A DNA stretch of 64,000 bases from Anaeromyces robustus. Its lineage: Eukaryota. This document shows, piece by piece, positions 31,056 to 45,656 of the stretch. The stretch spans positions 1-64,000 of the forward strand of contig MCFG01000285.1 in assembly GCA_002104895.1 (NCBI GenBank). Reading direction: 5' to 3'. The notes beneath the pieces were generated by a model that worked only from the letters and a program-made list of their open reading frames with translations, ran no database searches and was not told the origin of the DNA. Position 1 is the first letter of the stretch; each line of letters starts with the position of its first letter. Both the position numbers and the translations under genes were made by a program.

Positions 31056-34000
31056 TCTTCTTTTAATCTTATTATATATATATATATATATAAAATTATT
31101 TTTATATATTATTTAATAAAATAATTTCATAATATGAAATTAACTTACTTCTTGTAAATCTTTAATTTTATGTTCAGATTCATCCAAAATTTGATTATTA
31201 GCTTGTATTTCAGCTTCCATTAATTCATTATTTACATTGGAATTAGTATTAGTATTTGTAGTATGATTTGAATATAGTGATTCTCTTTTTGTTGACATAG
31301 ATAATTCTTCTAATAAATTCATTAAATGTGAATCATCATAATGTTTATTTTCTTGTTTACTAACTTTTACTTGTGATTCATTAGCTCTTGTATTATTTTT
31401 TTTATTTTGTATAGAAGTATCTAAAAGTTTTTCCATATCTTCAAATTTTGATCTTCTTTCTGCTCTAATTTTTTCTAATTCTTCTGAACTTTTATTACTA
31501 TTCTTTCTACTACTATTTGGTGTAGTATCATTGGAATTGGAACGAACATTAAAATTATTTGATTTATCATGTAAAGTTGTATCAATACTATTTAATAATT
31601 CTGTAAAATCAATAATTTGTGAAGAATCAACAAGTTGTGGTGTTTTAGCAGCTTTAGAAACTGGTTCAACTTCTCCAAATTCATTAACATTTTGAATTTC
31701 CACAGAATGAGCTCTAAAATCACTTACATCATTAACAATAAGTGGTTGTTTAGTAGCGGTATCATATATACTATTAGTTTGACTTGTTATACTTGGTTGT
31801 AAACTAGCTTTTCTTAAATGTGATTTTGGTGGTCTATCACTTGAAGTAGAATGGGCTGATAAAGATGAAGATACAGATGCATTTCTTCTATGACTTACAC
31901 CACCACCATTTGGACTTAAACCTCTTCCTCTTGATGAATTAGAAGATAATTTTCTTTCAATATTATTTACACCTAATTTTTTATGACCTTCTCTATTTAA
32001 ACTACCTTGACGTCCTTCTGGTAATGCCATAGGTGATATAGGTGATCCAGTAACACTACGAGGACTTCTAAATGGTGAACCCATATTCATTGAAGAATTC
32101 ATTGGTTTATGCATATTTAATCCTGTAGGATCTCTTCCTAAACTACCACTTGGACTATTTGGACTCATTCTCATATAATCATCACGTGGTGATGGTATAG
32201 ATGGTCTTGGACTATTTCTGAAAGGTGGATTTGAAGATAAAGACATATCACCATTTGGATGTGGTCTATATCTTCCTCTATTTGGACTTGGAGAACAGGA
32301 TCTACTCATTCTTGAACCTGGTGGACCTCTTGATCTTCTTTCATCCATAAGAGGAGTTCTTTCTGGTCCTGGTCTTCTTTCTCTCATATGTGGTGGAATA
32401 TCACCATCTGGTCCTGGTGGACCTCTTGGTGGTCTTCTTTCTCTCATATGTGGATGTATATCTTCTTCGAATCCTGGTGGACCTCCTGGTCTTCTTTCTC
32501 TCATATGTGGTGGAATATCACCTTCGGATCCTGGTGGACCTCTTGGTGGTCTTCTTTCTCTCATATGTGGAGGTATATCTTCTTCTGATCCTGGTGGACC
32601 TCTTGGTGGTCTTCTTTCTCTCATATGTGGTGGAATATCACCTTCGGATCCTGGTGGACCTCTTGGTGGTCTTCTTTCTCTCATATGAGGTGTCATACCC
32701 ATACCATCTTCTGGTCTTCTTTCTCTCATATGTGGGGTCATACCCATACCATCTTCTGGTCTTCTTTCTCTCATATGTGGGGTCATACCCATACCATCTT
32801 CTGGTCTTCTTTCTCTCATATGTGGGGTCATACCCATATCTTCTGGTCTTCTTTCTCTCATATGTGGAGTCATACCCATACCATCTTCTGGTCTTCTTTC
32901 TCTCATATGAGGTGTCATACCCATACCATCTTCTGGTCTTCTTTCTCTCATTTGAGGTGTCATTCCATCTGGAGGCATTCTTCTTCCATCTCTATATCTA
33001 CCTGGTGGTGGTCTTCTTCTTTCTCTAATTTCTTCAGGTGTTAATTTATTCATTTCAATTTCTTTTTGTTCAATAACTTCACCTTGATTAAATCTTAAAG
33101 GAGAATTATTATTATCCATTCTATTTATTGTATCATCTTTAGCTTGTGGTATACCATTTGGACTTAAATTCATACTTATATTTTTATTATTCATTTCATT
33201 ATTATTATTATTATTAGGATCCATATTATTATTAGGTTCTCCATCATTTATTCTATTACCTTCTCTTGCTGGAGATGGTCTTCTTTGTCTCATTCTTCTA
33301 TCACCATTTGGAGATGGTCTTCTATCACCACTTGGAGATGGTCTTCTTGGTCTCATTCTTCTTTCGTCTGTCATTAATCTTCCCTCAGCATCTCTGTATA
33401 CACCTCTTTCACTCATAACACTTCTTTCACTCATAACACTTCTATCATCTCTCATACTTTCATCTTCTCTTTCTGGTGGTGGTCTTGGTCTCATTCTTTC
33501 ATTACCTGGTCTTTGACCTCCTTCCATAGGACGCATAAATCTTCCTGTTTTAACAGATGATGATTTTCTAAGAGGATAAATATTTGGTGAATTTTGAATA
33601 TTTTGTTTACCTCCTACTCTAGAACTAGCATTACTTAAACTTCTTTCAATATCAACTTGATTTTCTGGATGACGATGATTTAAGTAAGATCTAGAACTTA
33701 TAGTACTTGAATTACTTATTTGACGATTAAGTAAAGCTCTTCTAGTTTTTGAATCAGAAGCTGAACTTACTCTTGGACTGAAAATTAATGCATTTTTACT
33801 ATTCTTGATATCTTTTTTATTATTTAATGATTTATCAGTTTTATCTGATTTACCTTCAGGAGTATCTGGTGGTGTTGGTAAAGGAATAGTTGGTTCTGCA
33901 CCTTGAGGTGGATCAGGAAGTGGTTGTGTAGGTGGTTGTAAAGGTGATTTTTGATATGGTGATTGAATAGGTTGAAGAGGGGATTGTTGTAATTGAGATT

Positions 34001-37000
34001 GAGATTGTGGTGATGGTTGAGGTTGTGGTGATGGTTGTGGTTGAGGTGATGGTTGAAGTTGAGATTGAGGTTGTGGTGATGGTTGTGGTTGTGGTTGTGG
34101 TGATAATTGAGGTTGAGGTTGAGGAGATGGTTTTGGTAATTCATCTGTATGTGATTGTGTTTCAGAGGAATTTATTTTTTCATTATTATTATTATTATTA
34201 TTATTATCAAGTTTTATTGCTTGTTTTTCATTATTTTGATCATTTATTGAATTTTCTTTCTTGTTATTTGTTTCTGATTTTTGAGAATCATCTCTTTCAA
34301 TAGCATTATTTATTGTAAATAAACTATTCTTTAAATCATTAGTTTCAGACATAAATGAATTATCTGTATCACTATATATAGAATCTCTTGCACGATCTTG
34401 ATTTCTCACATTTTTGAAAAGTTTATGATTAGCAATTACACTAGTTTTTATTTCTTCCTTTTCTTCTTTTTCATGTTCTAAACTACTCATTCTTGGTGGA
34501 TTATCATTTTCATTTTCATCTTCTTTATCATCAATGGCATCCTGAGGATTCATATTATCAACTTGATTATCATCTGGTTGATGTAATGGATCTTTTATTG
34601 GCATAAGACTACCAAATCTTGGTGGATCATCATTACTAGCATTATCATCATCAATGTCATCATTAGTTTGTTTTGTTTGAATACTATTATTGTCTGAATC
34701 ATAATTCATACCATCAGTAAATGGTAAATATTTTGGTGGTGGTGGTGGTGGAATTGAAGGTGGTGGTGGTTCATCCCCTGGATAATTATTATCAATGGTA
34801 TTAGTATTAGTAGTAACAGGAGGTTCTGCTGGATGTTCAGATCTTTTACTAGCTGATCTTTTTGGGAAATGTGGTTTTCCTGCATTACTACTTTTTCTAG
34901 CAGGTGGTCTAAATCCATCACCATTTGGTTTATTGGAAATTGAATTAGCATTATTCATTGGTATATTTTCTGAAGGATTATAGTTCATTGGTGAATTAGG
35001 TGAATTTGGTTTTAATAAAAAGTCAATATCAATAATTGATCTTCTTTTATATTTTGCAACTTCATCTAATATAGTATACATTGAATCATCATAATTACGT
35101 GGAATTTGTTGATTATTAAATAATGAAATTAAAGTGAAATCATATGGATTTTTATTTTGATATATACTAAATTTAGTTAATGCATTATTTATTACATCTA
35201 CTACTTTTTCATGTTCCATAACACCAATAGTTTTATGCATTTGACGACTATTACTATCTAATTCTTCAATAAATATACGAATAAGTTTGAAATCTTTTTC
35301 TTGATCAGCTACCTTTCTATTTAAGAAGAATTTAATAAATCTAGTATCTAATAAATTAACATTGGCATTAATTAAAGAATTTCTTGAAGATACTGTAATA
35401 CCTGGTAAACCTTTTGAATTTAAATTACGAATAACATTCATTATGCTTATATCTGGTCTTAATTGTTTTTCTTGAGATTCAAAATGAATAACACCAATAT
35501 AATATTCATCAATAGTATTCTTTGGTATTCTAAATCTTTCCATTGCTATTAAAAGAACATCACTTACTGTCATTCCTTCTTCAATCTTTATACTTTTATA
35601 GGATGTTTTTAATTCTATATTACCTGCGTATACTCTAATAACATTTTCTTCCACTGATTCACTAGATTCTGTTGAACGATCAATAGAAGGATATTGATTA
35701 TTATTTTTATCTAATGATGGATGATTATTCTCATCGTAAGATGGTTTTCTTTGATTTTGATCATATGGATTTAATAAATCATTTGGTCCATTTGGTCCAC
35801 TAGGTCTATCAAAGGATGAATATGGAGCTGGTCCATTTGGTCCATTTGGTCCATTTGATCCATTTGGTCTATCAAAAGATGAATATGGACTTGGTCCATT
35901 TGGTCCATTTGGTCCATTTGGTCCATTAGGTCCATTAGGTCTATCAAAAGATGAATATGGACTTGGTCCATTTGAACCAAGTTGCATTATCATATTATTA
36001 TCTATCTTATTTTGATTTTTATCTTCATCATCAGATAAATCCAATATATCATTTAATTCATAACTATTATATGGTTCATTAAAGGCTTGTTGATTATTAT
36101 TATTATTTTCTTTCTTTGATTTCTTGTCTTTTTTCTTTAAAATTTTCTATTAATATAATAAAATATATAAAATATTAATAAATATTAATATAATAAATAT
36201 ATGAATTATTTATAAATGGTATAAATATATAAAATATTAATAATAAATATAAATAAATATAGGAATTATTTATAAATGATTTATATTTATGATTTATATT
36301 TATTATTTATTAATTATAAAAATACTTACAGAGAAAATATTCTTCTTCTTTTTACCCTTATATGAACCAGTATGAACACGAGTAATTTTACATTCAGTTT
36401 CTTCTTCAGATTCATTTTCATCATCTGTTTCTGACATTTCTACACTAACATTCTTTGAAAATGTAACCTTTTTTTGTTCAAATCTTCCTGATTTGGGGAT
36501 ATCAACAGAATTTTCAGGAACAATTATCTATAATATAAATATATAAAAAATATAATATAAAAATAAAATTATAATTAATAATCTATTAATAAATATAATT
36601 TTTAATGAATCAGCTATTTAACAATACGATTCCAAAATTTATTTAAAAAAAAATTATTATTACCTCTAAATTTTTTCTTCTATTTACTCTGGCCAATCTT
36701 TCAATTGGTGTCTATTAAAATTTTTTATAAAAAAAACTTTGAGATTAGTACTTATTTTAATAATTTAAACAAATAAATATATAAATTAATAAATAAATAA
36801 ATAAATAAAACTTACTTCAATATTATCAGCCGGTATATAACCAATCTATAAAATATATATACATATATATATTTTTATTATTAATATCATTATTATATAA
36901 AGTATATGTATAGGTATAAAATATAAATAAAATTATTAATAAAAAGAATACTTACTTCATTAGAACGAACACATTGTACTAACCACCAATAATCATTTGT

Positions 37001-37243
37001 ATCATCAAGTAATATTAATTCTTCATCTTTCGACACACAAACTTGTCCACTTTGTGATGAAACAAATGAATGATAGGCATATACTTTTGAATAATCAATA
37101 TCTTCTGGTTCAATATCTAATTCTAATAAAGGAGATTCTATTTCAAATTCTTCTTCAAATTCATATTCTTCTTCTTCTCTCCTTCTTTCTTCTTCTTCTA
37201 TATGCTTTATTTTTTCAATATTCTTTTTCTTACTAAAAAACAT
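30450..37243 (-). CDS. tea4: Tea4/TeaC/Bud14-like SH3 cell-polarity protein with RA-like domains (~1868 aa; exons 37243-36956, 36845-36816, 36711-36664, 36527-36330, 36146-31149, 30494-30450)
   Basis: SH3 (VYAYHSF...LILLDDTNDYWWLV...IGYIPADNIE) is followed by TPIERLARVN and an RVxF-like KKVTF, the Bud14/Tea4 hallmarks. IRVYAG/YKSI and IRIF/HKTI resemble RA-like segments. All exons are GT-AG and phase 0. The last exon is less certain. Confidence 0.8.
32370..32965 (-). repeat. Coding tandem repeats in the Tea4-like gene: 15-aa TPHMRERRPEDGMGM and 20-aa PPHMRERRPPRGPPGSEGDI
   Basis: About 11-12 MRERRP-containing units seen directly in DNA (45-bp and 60-bp periods) and in protein. Confidence 0.9.
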
Positions 37244-38469
37244 TTTATTAAATTTGAATTATTTCTTGTTGTTTTTATAAATTAAAATATTTATAGTTAT
37301 AACAATATATTTATTATTAAATAGTATGTTGATTATATTCCCTTTTTTTTACAAAATATATTTATATTTATATAGTAATAATGATTATTATATAAAGAAT
37401 GATATTTTCTTTTTTTCTTTTTGAATTTATATTGTATAAATTTTTGTTATAATATTGTATTAATAATTTTTATTGTAATATTTTATTATTTATTTTAAAA
37501 ATTTGTAATTAATAGATAATTTTTTAAAGTATATGTTTTATCGATTTTTCTTTTTTATAAATAATATATGATATGTTTTTTATATATGTCATAAACGTAT
37601 ATAGTTATAATAAAAAAAGAATAAATGATATTTCATATAAAAGATTTTTATATACGATTAATAATTTTCATAAATAAATAATTCTATTTAATATTATTAT
37701 AATAATTATTAAATATTATTTTTATATATTGATTTTATTTGAATTAAAAAATTTTATATATATATAATATATACAATATAAAAAAATTAAATTATTTCCG
37801 TTATTTAATTGTATGTTGTTTTTTTTTTGTTATTACTCTTTTAATTTATTTTATTTCTTCTTTTTTTCCCGTAAATTCAATTTACTGAGCAAATGAAAAT
37901 AATTAATAATTTGATTGTATATTTAATAATTATTACCCTTTAATTTTTTTATTTATGATAAATCTTAATTCTTTCTATAAAAAAAAAAAAGAATTATTTT
38001 TTTCTTTTATAAATTACTTTTTCTATTACTTTTGAAAAATTATACGTATGTTAATAAAGTATAAAATGAAAAAAATATTAATTTTACTAATATTAAATAC
38101 AATATAATTCTTTTAATAGATTGATGCAATTAAAAATTTATTATTTATTCTATTAAATTACACTGATTTATTTATTCTATTATAATTTATGGTAATATAT
38201 AAGATTTTGTTTATATTTATATTTATATTTATATTTTTAATATTTAATATTTATTGCAATTATAAATGTTTTTATATTGAATTATTGTTCTTTATTATAA
38301 TATATGATTGTTTTTAATTATAAATATTTAAATAAAAAATAGTATTCTTTATTCTATTATTAATCATCAGCATTCAAAAAAAAAAAAAAGAATCAATTTT
38401 TTATTTATTTATTTTTTTTTATATATTTATATGCTTCCTATGCTAAATACTTGTTAGCAGGAATACATT

Positions 38470-38508
<39 letters not shown>

Positions 38509-38859
38509 TTATTTAGATTATTTATTTTATTTAATAATTTAGTTTAATTGTTTAAATAAATAAAAAGAAAAAAGAAAAAAAAACATTAAAGAAATAAAAA
38601 TAAAAGTTTTAAAAATAAAAAAAAAAAAGTAATACAATTTAAATTAATAATTATATAATAATATAATATATTATTATATAAAAGAATCTTTTATATTTTA
38701 ATTTATATTGTTATTGTTTATTACATTATATTATAATATATTAATTTAAATTAATAATTTTGTTATAAGATTTATATATATTATTTATAATTATTGCTAG
38801 GAAGCAAGGTTATTTTGTATATTTATTTATTTTATAATCACCTTAATACAGACTATGTT

Positions 38860-39011
<152 letters not shown>

Positions 39012-40518
39012 TTGATATTAATAAAATCTCTATTTTTTTTTCTCTAAAAAAAAAAAACTATAATTTATAGAATTCTATATTAACATTATTTGATTTATAT
39101 AAAAATATATTAAAATTCAAACATATATTAATTATTTTAATATATAAATTATATAAGATATATATAATATTTATACTTTATTTATATTATAATGAAAAAA
39201 GGGAAACTTCAAAATAATTATTTTAAATTAAATAATTATTAAAAATTATATATATTAATATATTAGTTTATATATTATATTTATATATTAAAATATATAA
39301 TACAATATATAATATATTATTTATAAATAACTAATATAAATTTCTAACATTTATTAAATTTTTAAATTATTAATTATAATTCTGTTAAACTCTATTTAAT
39401 AATAATTTTTAATAATATCTTATAGGTTTATTTTATATATTAAAATCTTATTTAAAAAAAAAAAAAAATTAAATTTAATATATATTATTAATAATATAAA
39501 AAATATCTCGACTAATTTAAAAACAAAAAAAAACAAGTAAGAATTAGGTTTTAATTTCTGAATTACCTACTATGCACAGGGAGGTTAAAATTTTATATTT
39601 ATATTTTATATTTTATATTTTATGTTTTTATTAATATAAATAAATATTAAATTTTAATACATTAAAAGAATTCTATATATTATTAATAACTGTTTATATT
39701 ATTTAATAATTTATAATAAAAATAGAACATAAAAGTGATACAAATTAAATAAACATAAAGTGATACAATTTTTAATTTTTATTATATTAATTATTAGGAA
39801 ATAAAGTTTAATAATAATATTATTTCCAAGGATTAGAGAAATTTCCACATATTATAATTTATAATTTATAATTAAAAATTAAAAAATATTAAAAAAAAAA
39901 ACAAAACAAAGATTTTTTTTACTGATGAAATAAACTTTATTAATTAATGAAGTAATAATAAATAAAAAATTTTTTTTTCCTTTTATATTAGTAACCAAGT
40001 TTTTTTTTTTTGTTTTGCTAAAAAAAAAAAAAAACTTTCGGTTACAACAGTTTCTATTATCAATTATTATTATTATTATTATAAAGAATTACTAAAATAA
40101 TCTTTATGTGAAGTTGTAATTTTATGTTATATTTACAACAGTAAATAATTAATAATAATTATAATTATAATAATAATAATCAAAATTATAATAATAATAA
40201 TAATAATAATAATAATCATATTATATAAATTATACAATGACATAATAATATATAATAATCATAATTAAATAATAATATTAAATAATAATAATATATATAA
40301 TATATTATAATACAATATATATAATAAATATAATAAATATAAATATAATAAATATAATAAATATAAATATAATAAATATTTTTTAAGCACACAAATTATT
40401 ATATTATTTTTTTTAAAAAAAAAAAAACTCATTTAACTAATTTGGATTGAATTGTGACCTTTTTTTTTTATTCTAATTATTTTCTAAGCATTAAGTGCAT
40501 GCATATGCTTTTTTTTTT

Positions 40519-40574
<56 letters not shown>

Positions 40575-40599
40575 TTCATTCATTCATTCATTCATTCAT

Positions 40600-40634
<35 letters not shown>

Positions 40635-42191
40635 TCGATTTATTTATTTTTATTTATTTATTTATTTAATTATTTATTTATAAAGAAATTATAAACTTGA
40701 TCAATAATAATTAGATAAATATTTTTCTTACTATATAAAAAACAAGGTATTTGATGTATTTTTAATATTAAGATTAATATTAATATTTAAAAAAATTATT
40801 ATTCTACTTTAATAAGTAAATAAATAATAATATTTAATAAATAAATTATAATCTTTAACTACTAATATATAAATAAATAAGTAATATTAAAAAAGTTTGT
40901 AATAAATGTCCATAAAGTAATTTTTTTTTTTGTTCTTTGAAAAGTAATACAAAACAAAAAAAAAATTAATGAATATATTTAAAATAAATTATATAAAATA
41001 TATATATATAAATAATTATATATAATATAAATCAAGGAAAAAAATAATAATAATAATAAAACATAACAATCCAAATCTAAGGTTTTAATTTGAATAGATA
41101 TTGGAATTGTATCCATATTATTATTATTGGCATTTTATATCCAATTTTGGAAAATTTTAAGTATAAAATCTTACCCAGACAAAATTTGATAATTTCTCTT
41201 TTTTAAATAGAACTGAATATCAAATTTCATACAATAATACTGATGATAATTATGATTAAAAAGTAAATTATTATTAAGTAAAAGAATATTTTGACACTAT
41301 TAAAATTGCTTTTTAAAAAGAAATATATATATATATATATTATAAAAGATATAACTCATGGTTTATTCATAATTCATACTGAAGAGTTTTTATAATGTAT
41401 GAAATTTTAAAATTAAAATAATAATAGTTTAATAACTACTACTTATTAATATTAAATTCATTAAGAAAAGTAAATTCATTAAGAAAAAAAAAAAAAAAAC
41501 GAAAAATATCAAATAATAGTAAATGAAAGGAAATTGATATATATATTTATAATAAATTAATATAAATACATGTTATAATAATATTTGATAATTGTGAATA
41601 GTATGAATAAAGTTTTCATATTATTTTATTAAATAATATATAAAAAAAATATTGAAATAATAAAATAATTAAATTTTAATTATCATTCTAACATCAAAAT
41701 ATATATATATTTATATAATTATATTTAAAGAACGTAGAACAGAAAATAAAGTAAAATAAAATAAAATAAAGTAAAATAAAATAAATCTTATAAATAGCAT
41801 ATTCTAAAATATTTTAATAATTTTAAAAAAAAAAAAAAATTAATTAATTTATTATGAATTCATTTTTATTATTGTAATAGTTTACTGTGATTTATTAATA
41901 GCCAATCAAATCTAAAAATAAATAAAAACTAATATATTATAATATATTATAATATATTACAATGTGTTACACAGTTACACAACATTTTGATGGTATTTTT
42001 TTTTTTTGTTGTTTTTTTATTTATTTATAAAAATAATAATAAAAATTCATAAACATTTTTAATTATTATTATTATTATTATTATTATTATTTATTAATTA
42101 TTATTAATTATTAATTATTTATGTTTTGTACCCTACATTTTATAGGTTTTGCTTATTAATATTCTTCTTCTTTTTCTTATTATTATTATTA

Positions 42192-42228
<37 letters not shown>

Positions 42229-42588
42229 TAATTGTCTATTTATATTTTTTTATTATCCATATTTGTATATTTAATATATATAATATATAATAATATATAA
42301 TAATATATTTTTTAATTATTAATATGTTTCAATATCTTTTTTTTTCAATATCAATTAAATCATCTAAATTATTTATTATTTTTATTTATTATTTATTATT
42401 ATTATTATTATTTATTATTATTATTATTATTATTATTTAATAATTATTATTTATTATTTATTATTTATTATTTATTATTATTTATTATTATTATTTATTA
42501 TTTATTATTATTATTAATATTATTATTTATTATCATTATTTATTAATTATTATTATTTATTATTTATTATTATTATCATTCATTATTA

Positions 42589-43535
42589 TTATTTATTATT
42601 ATAATTATAATTATTAAAAATATCTTCATTTTCTATATTATTATTTTTAAAAGTTTTATCGTTAAATGATACAGATAATAAAATATTATAATTATTGTTA
42701 TAATCATTATTTATATTTTGCTTCATCATTGGAATTTGGTATATTATTTTATTTATTGACAACTTCCGTGATTTGAGTTTCATTTTAATTTTATTAAAAT
42801 TCAAATCATTTTGAATATTTTTGTTATTTTCTTTTAAATTTCATTATTTGATAAGTACATTTCCAAAATTCTTTTTTTTTTATAGTCAGATTATTATCAT
42901 TATTATTATCTTAATTATTATCATTTTACTTGGTAATAAAAAATAACCTTTTCTATTTGTTCTATATCATCTTTATTACTTGATAGTAAAATAACCTTTT
43001 CTATTTGTTCTATATCATCTTTATTACTTGATAGTAAAATAACCTTTTCTATTTGTTCTATATCATCTTTATTACTTGATAGTAAAATAACCTTTTCTAT
43101 TTGTTCTATATCATCTTTATAATAATTAAAGGGATTAATTTACAATTCACTATGAAAAACTAATTTTTTAGGTTCTTCATAGTGAAATGTATTTTATAAA
43201 AGTTATTAATATTGTTAAAACGAGGAATATTCTTATTAATGAAATTATTTTCTTTATTTTTAGATTTGTTTTTTTTTTTTTTTCATATAGAATTTGAGAA
43301 ATTTCAATAATTAGATTGTTATTATTGAATATTTAAATAATTTATCACACCATTTAATATTTGTAGAAGATTAACGTATCAAATTCTTTAGTATAATAAA
43401 TTTTTAGATTCCTTTCTTAAATTATTTATATCATGACAATTATAATATTAATTTTTTTTAATCCTGAATTACCATCTTTTTTCCTATAATAAGTTATGAT
43501 TACCCCAACTATAAAAAGTTACTTTTTTTTTTCAT
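42589..43535 (-). pseudogene. Possible decayed protein-coding relic of unknown family
   Basis: Coding-like fragments (MKKKVTFYSWGNH.., KWCDKLFKY, HYEEPKKLVFHSEL*INPFNYYKDDIEQIEKVI..) are broken by stops and frameshifts. The region contains an in-frame 48-bp repeat. Confidence 0.35.
42940..43120. repeat. Perfect 48-bp tandem repeat, ~3.8 copies
   Basis: aaaataaccttttctatttgttctatatcatctttattacttgatagt starts at 42940, 42988, 43036 and 43084 (partial). The minus strand reads LLSSNKDDIEQIEKVI. Confidence 0.95.
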
Positions 43536-43961
43536 TTTTATTTTTATTTTTATTTTATATTTATACATTTGTAAAAATCAATTTTTAATATTTTATTTAT
43601 ATTTTATTTTTATTTTATTTTATTAATGTAATATTTTTTTAAATTAAATCTATAATCATTCTTTTAATTCCTTTTATATACATATATATATATATTTTTT
43701 TCATTTTTTTAATTCCTTTATATATATATATATATATATGTATATTTTCTCTTTTTGTTATTGTATATAAATTCTTAAAGTATTATACATAAATTATTAT
43801 AATATTAAATATATGTTATTAGTATAACTATTATTATAAAATATAAAAAAAATAGTTATAAATAAACCTATATATATAAAAAGATAGTATAAGAGATAAA
43901 ATATTTATATTATTGTTAATTATTATCTAAAAAAATACTCAATTAAGGCTGTATCCTCATA

Positions 43962-44113
<152 letters not shown>

Positions 44114-44580
44114 CATTATTATTAAATATTATTAGTTTTTATTTATTTTAGAAACTGACAAAACCTCAATGGTTTACTTATCCTATACCGTAATGTAAAA
44201 TCTTATGACAGGTAGACATAGAGTAGAATTATACAAAAAATTTTATTTTTTTTTTTTTATTTTAATTAATAAATAAAAGATTTTATTAGATTTGATTTTT
44301 GTGTGTTTTTATATTATATTAATTTAATAATTAATTATAGTTATTTTGTCAAAATACATATTTTATTATACCACTTTGTATTATATTATGACTATTTATT
44401 TTAATAAGAAAGTAAAATAATAAATATATTAAGAAAAAAGAAAAATTCAACAATTTTTACGTTTCTGTTATACATATAATTATTATTCTTATTAAAATCG
44501 AAAAAAATAAAAAATTGGTGACTTTTCCTTCTTTTCTTTTTTTTTTTTTTTCTTATTATATTTATATATACCTAATATAT

Positions 44581-44615
<35 letters not shown>

Positions 44616-45309
44616 CATTTATTTATTTAAAAGTTACATAGAGTTATATTCTTAAAATGTCATTTATTATAGTTATTCCTATTTTTTTTGGAATTATTTA
44701 TAAATATTCAATATAATAATAATAATATATATCCATATCTATATACATTGTAAATAATAAAAACTTTATTAATAGATAATTATACACATATAATATTATA
44801 TAATTAAGAAATATTCATAAACTTTTTAGAACAAAAAAAAGATTAATGATTAATTAAATAAAGTATTAATAAATGTCTTTGATACTAAAATTTTATGTAA
44901 ATATTTAGTTTTTTTTTTTTTTTTCTGTTTTCTATATAGAATTTTTCATATCCTAAAAATAATGAATAAAACTAGAAACTAGTTTTTTTTTTTTTAGAGA
45001 CATTATTTTATTATAACAATCATTTAAACTTTTTTTTAAATCCTTTTAAAAATAATTTTTTTTTTTTTTTTTTACTTCTATAAACTCTATAATTTGGAGA
45101 CATTTATGTTAATTTAATTGAATAATTGTTACCTTGGTGAAATTGAACTTTATATTATAAACTATTATAAAAATAATCTTCCAAAAAAAATTTAATTACT
45201 ATACCATAAATTATTATTATAAATAGCCAGAAAAAAAAATAAAAAAATATAAAAAATATAAAATATATATATTACATATATATAATAAATAATATTTAAT
45301 AATTTGATT

Positions 45310-45345
<36 letters not shown>

Positions 45346-45656
45346 TTTTAATTTTTTTTTTAATTTTTTTATTTTTTTTTTTTTACTTTTTTACTTTTTT
45401 ACTTTTTAAAATAATACATTTATTATTATATAAAACAATAACAATATAAATAAATAATTAAAAAAAATAAATAAAATATTATTATTATTATATTTATTAT
45501 TATTATTTTATATATAAAACAATAAAAATATATAAAAATTAAAAAAATAAATAAATAAAATATTATTCTTATTATTTCTTAAAAAAAATTAAGAAAAAAA
45601 AAATTAAATGAAGATTAAACTCTTTTTTTTTTTTTTTTTTTTTTTAATTCTTTTTA

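Noticed and set aside
32388..33044. Trp/Ser-rich and Val/Phe-rich repeat ORFs on the + strand
   Set aside because: Antisense shadows of the MRERRP coding repeats; stop-free only because the repeat unit lacks stops.
42940..43120. 48-bp repeats as a CRISPR array
   Set aside because: Head-to-tail identical units with no spacers, no cas genes and a eukaryotic host.
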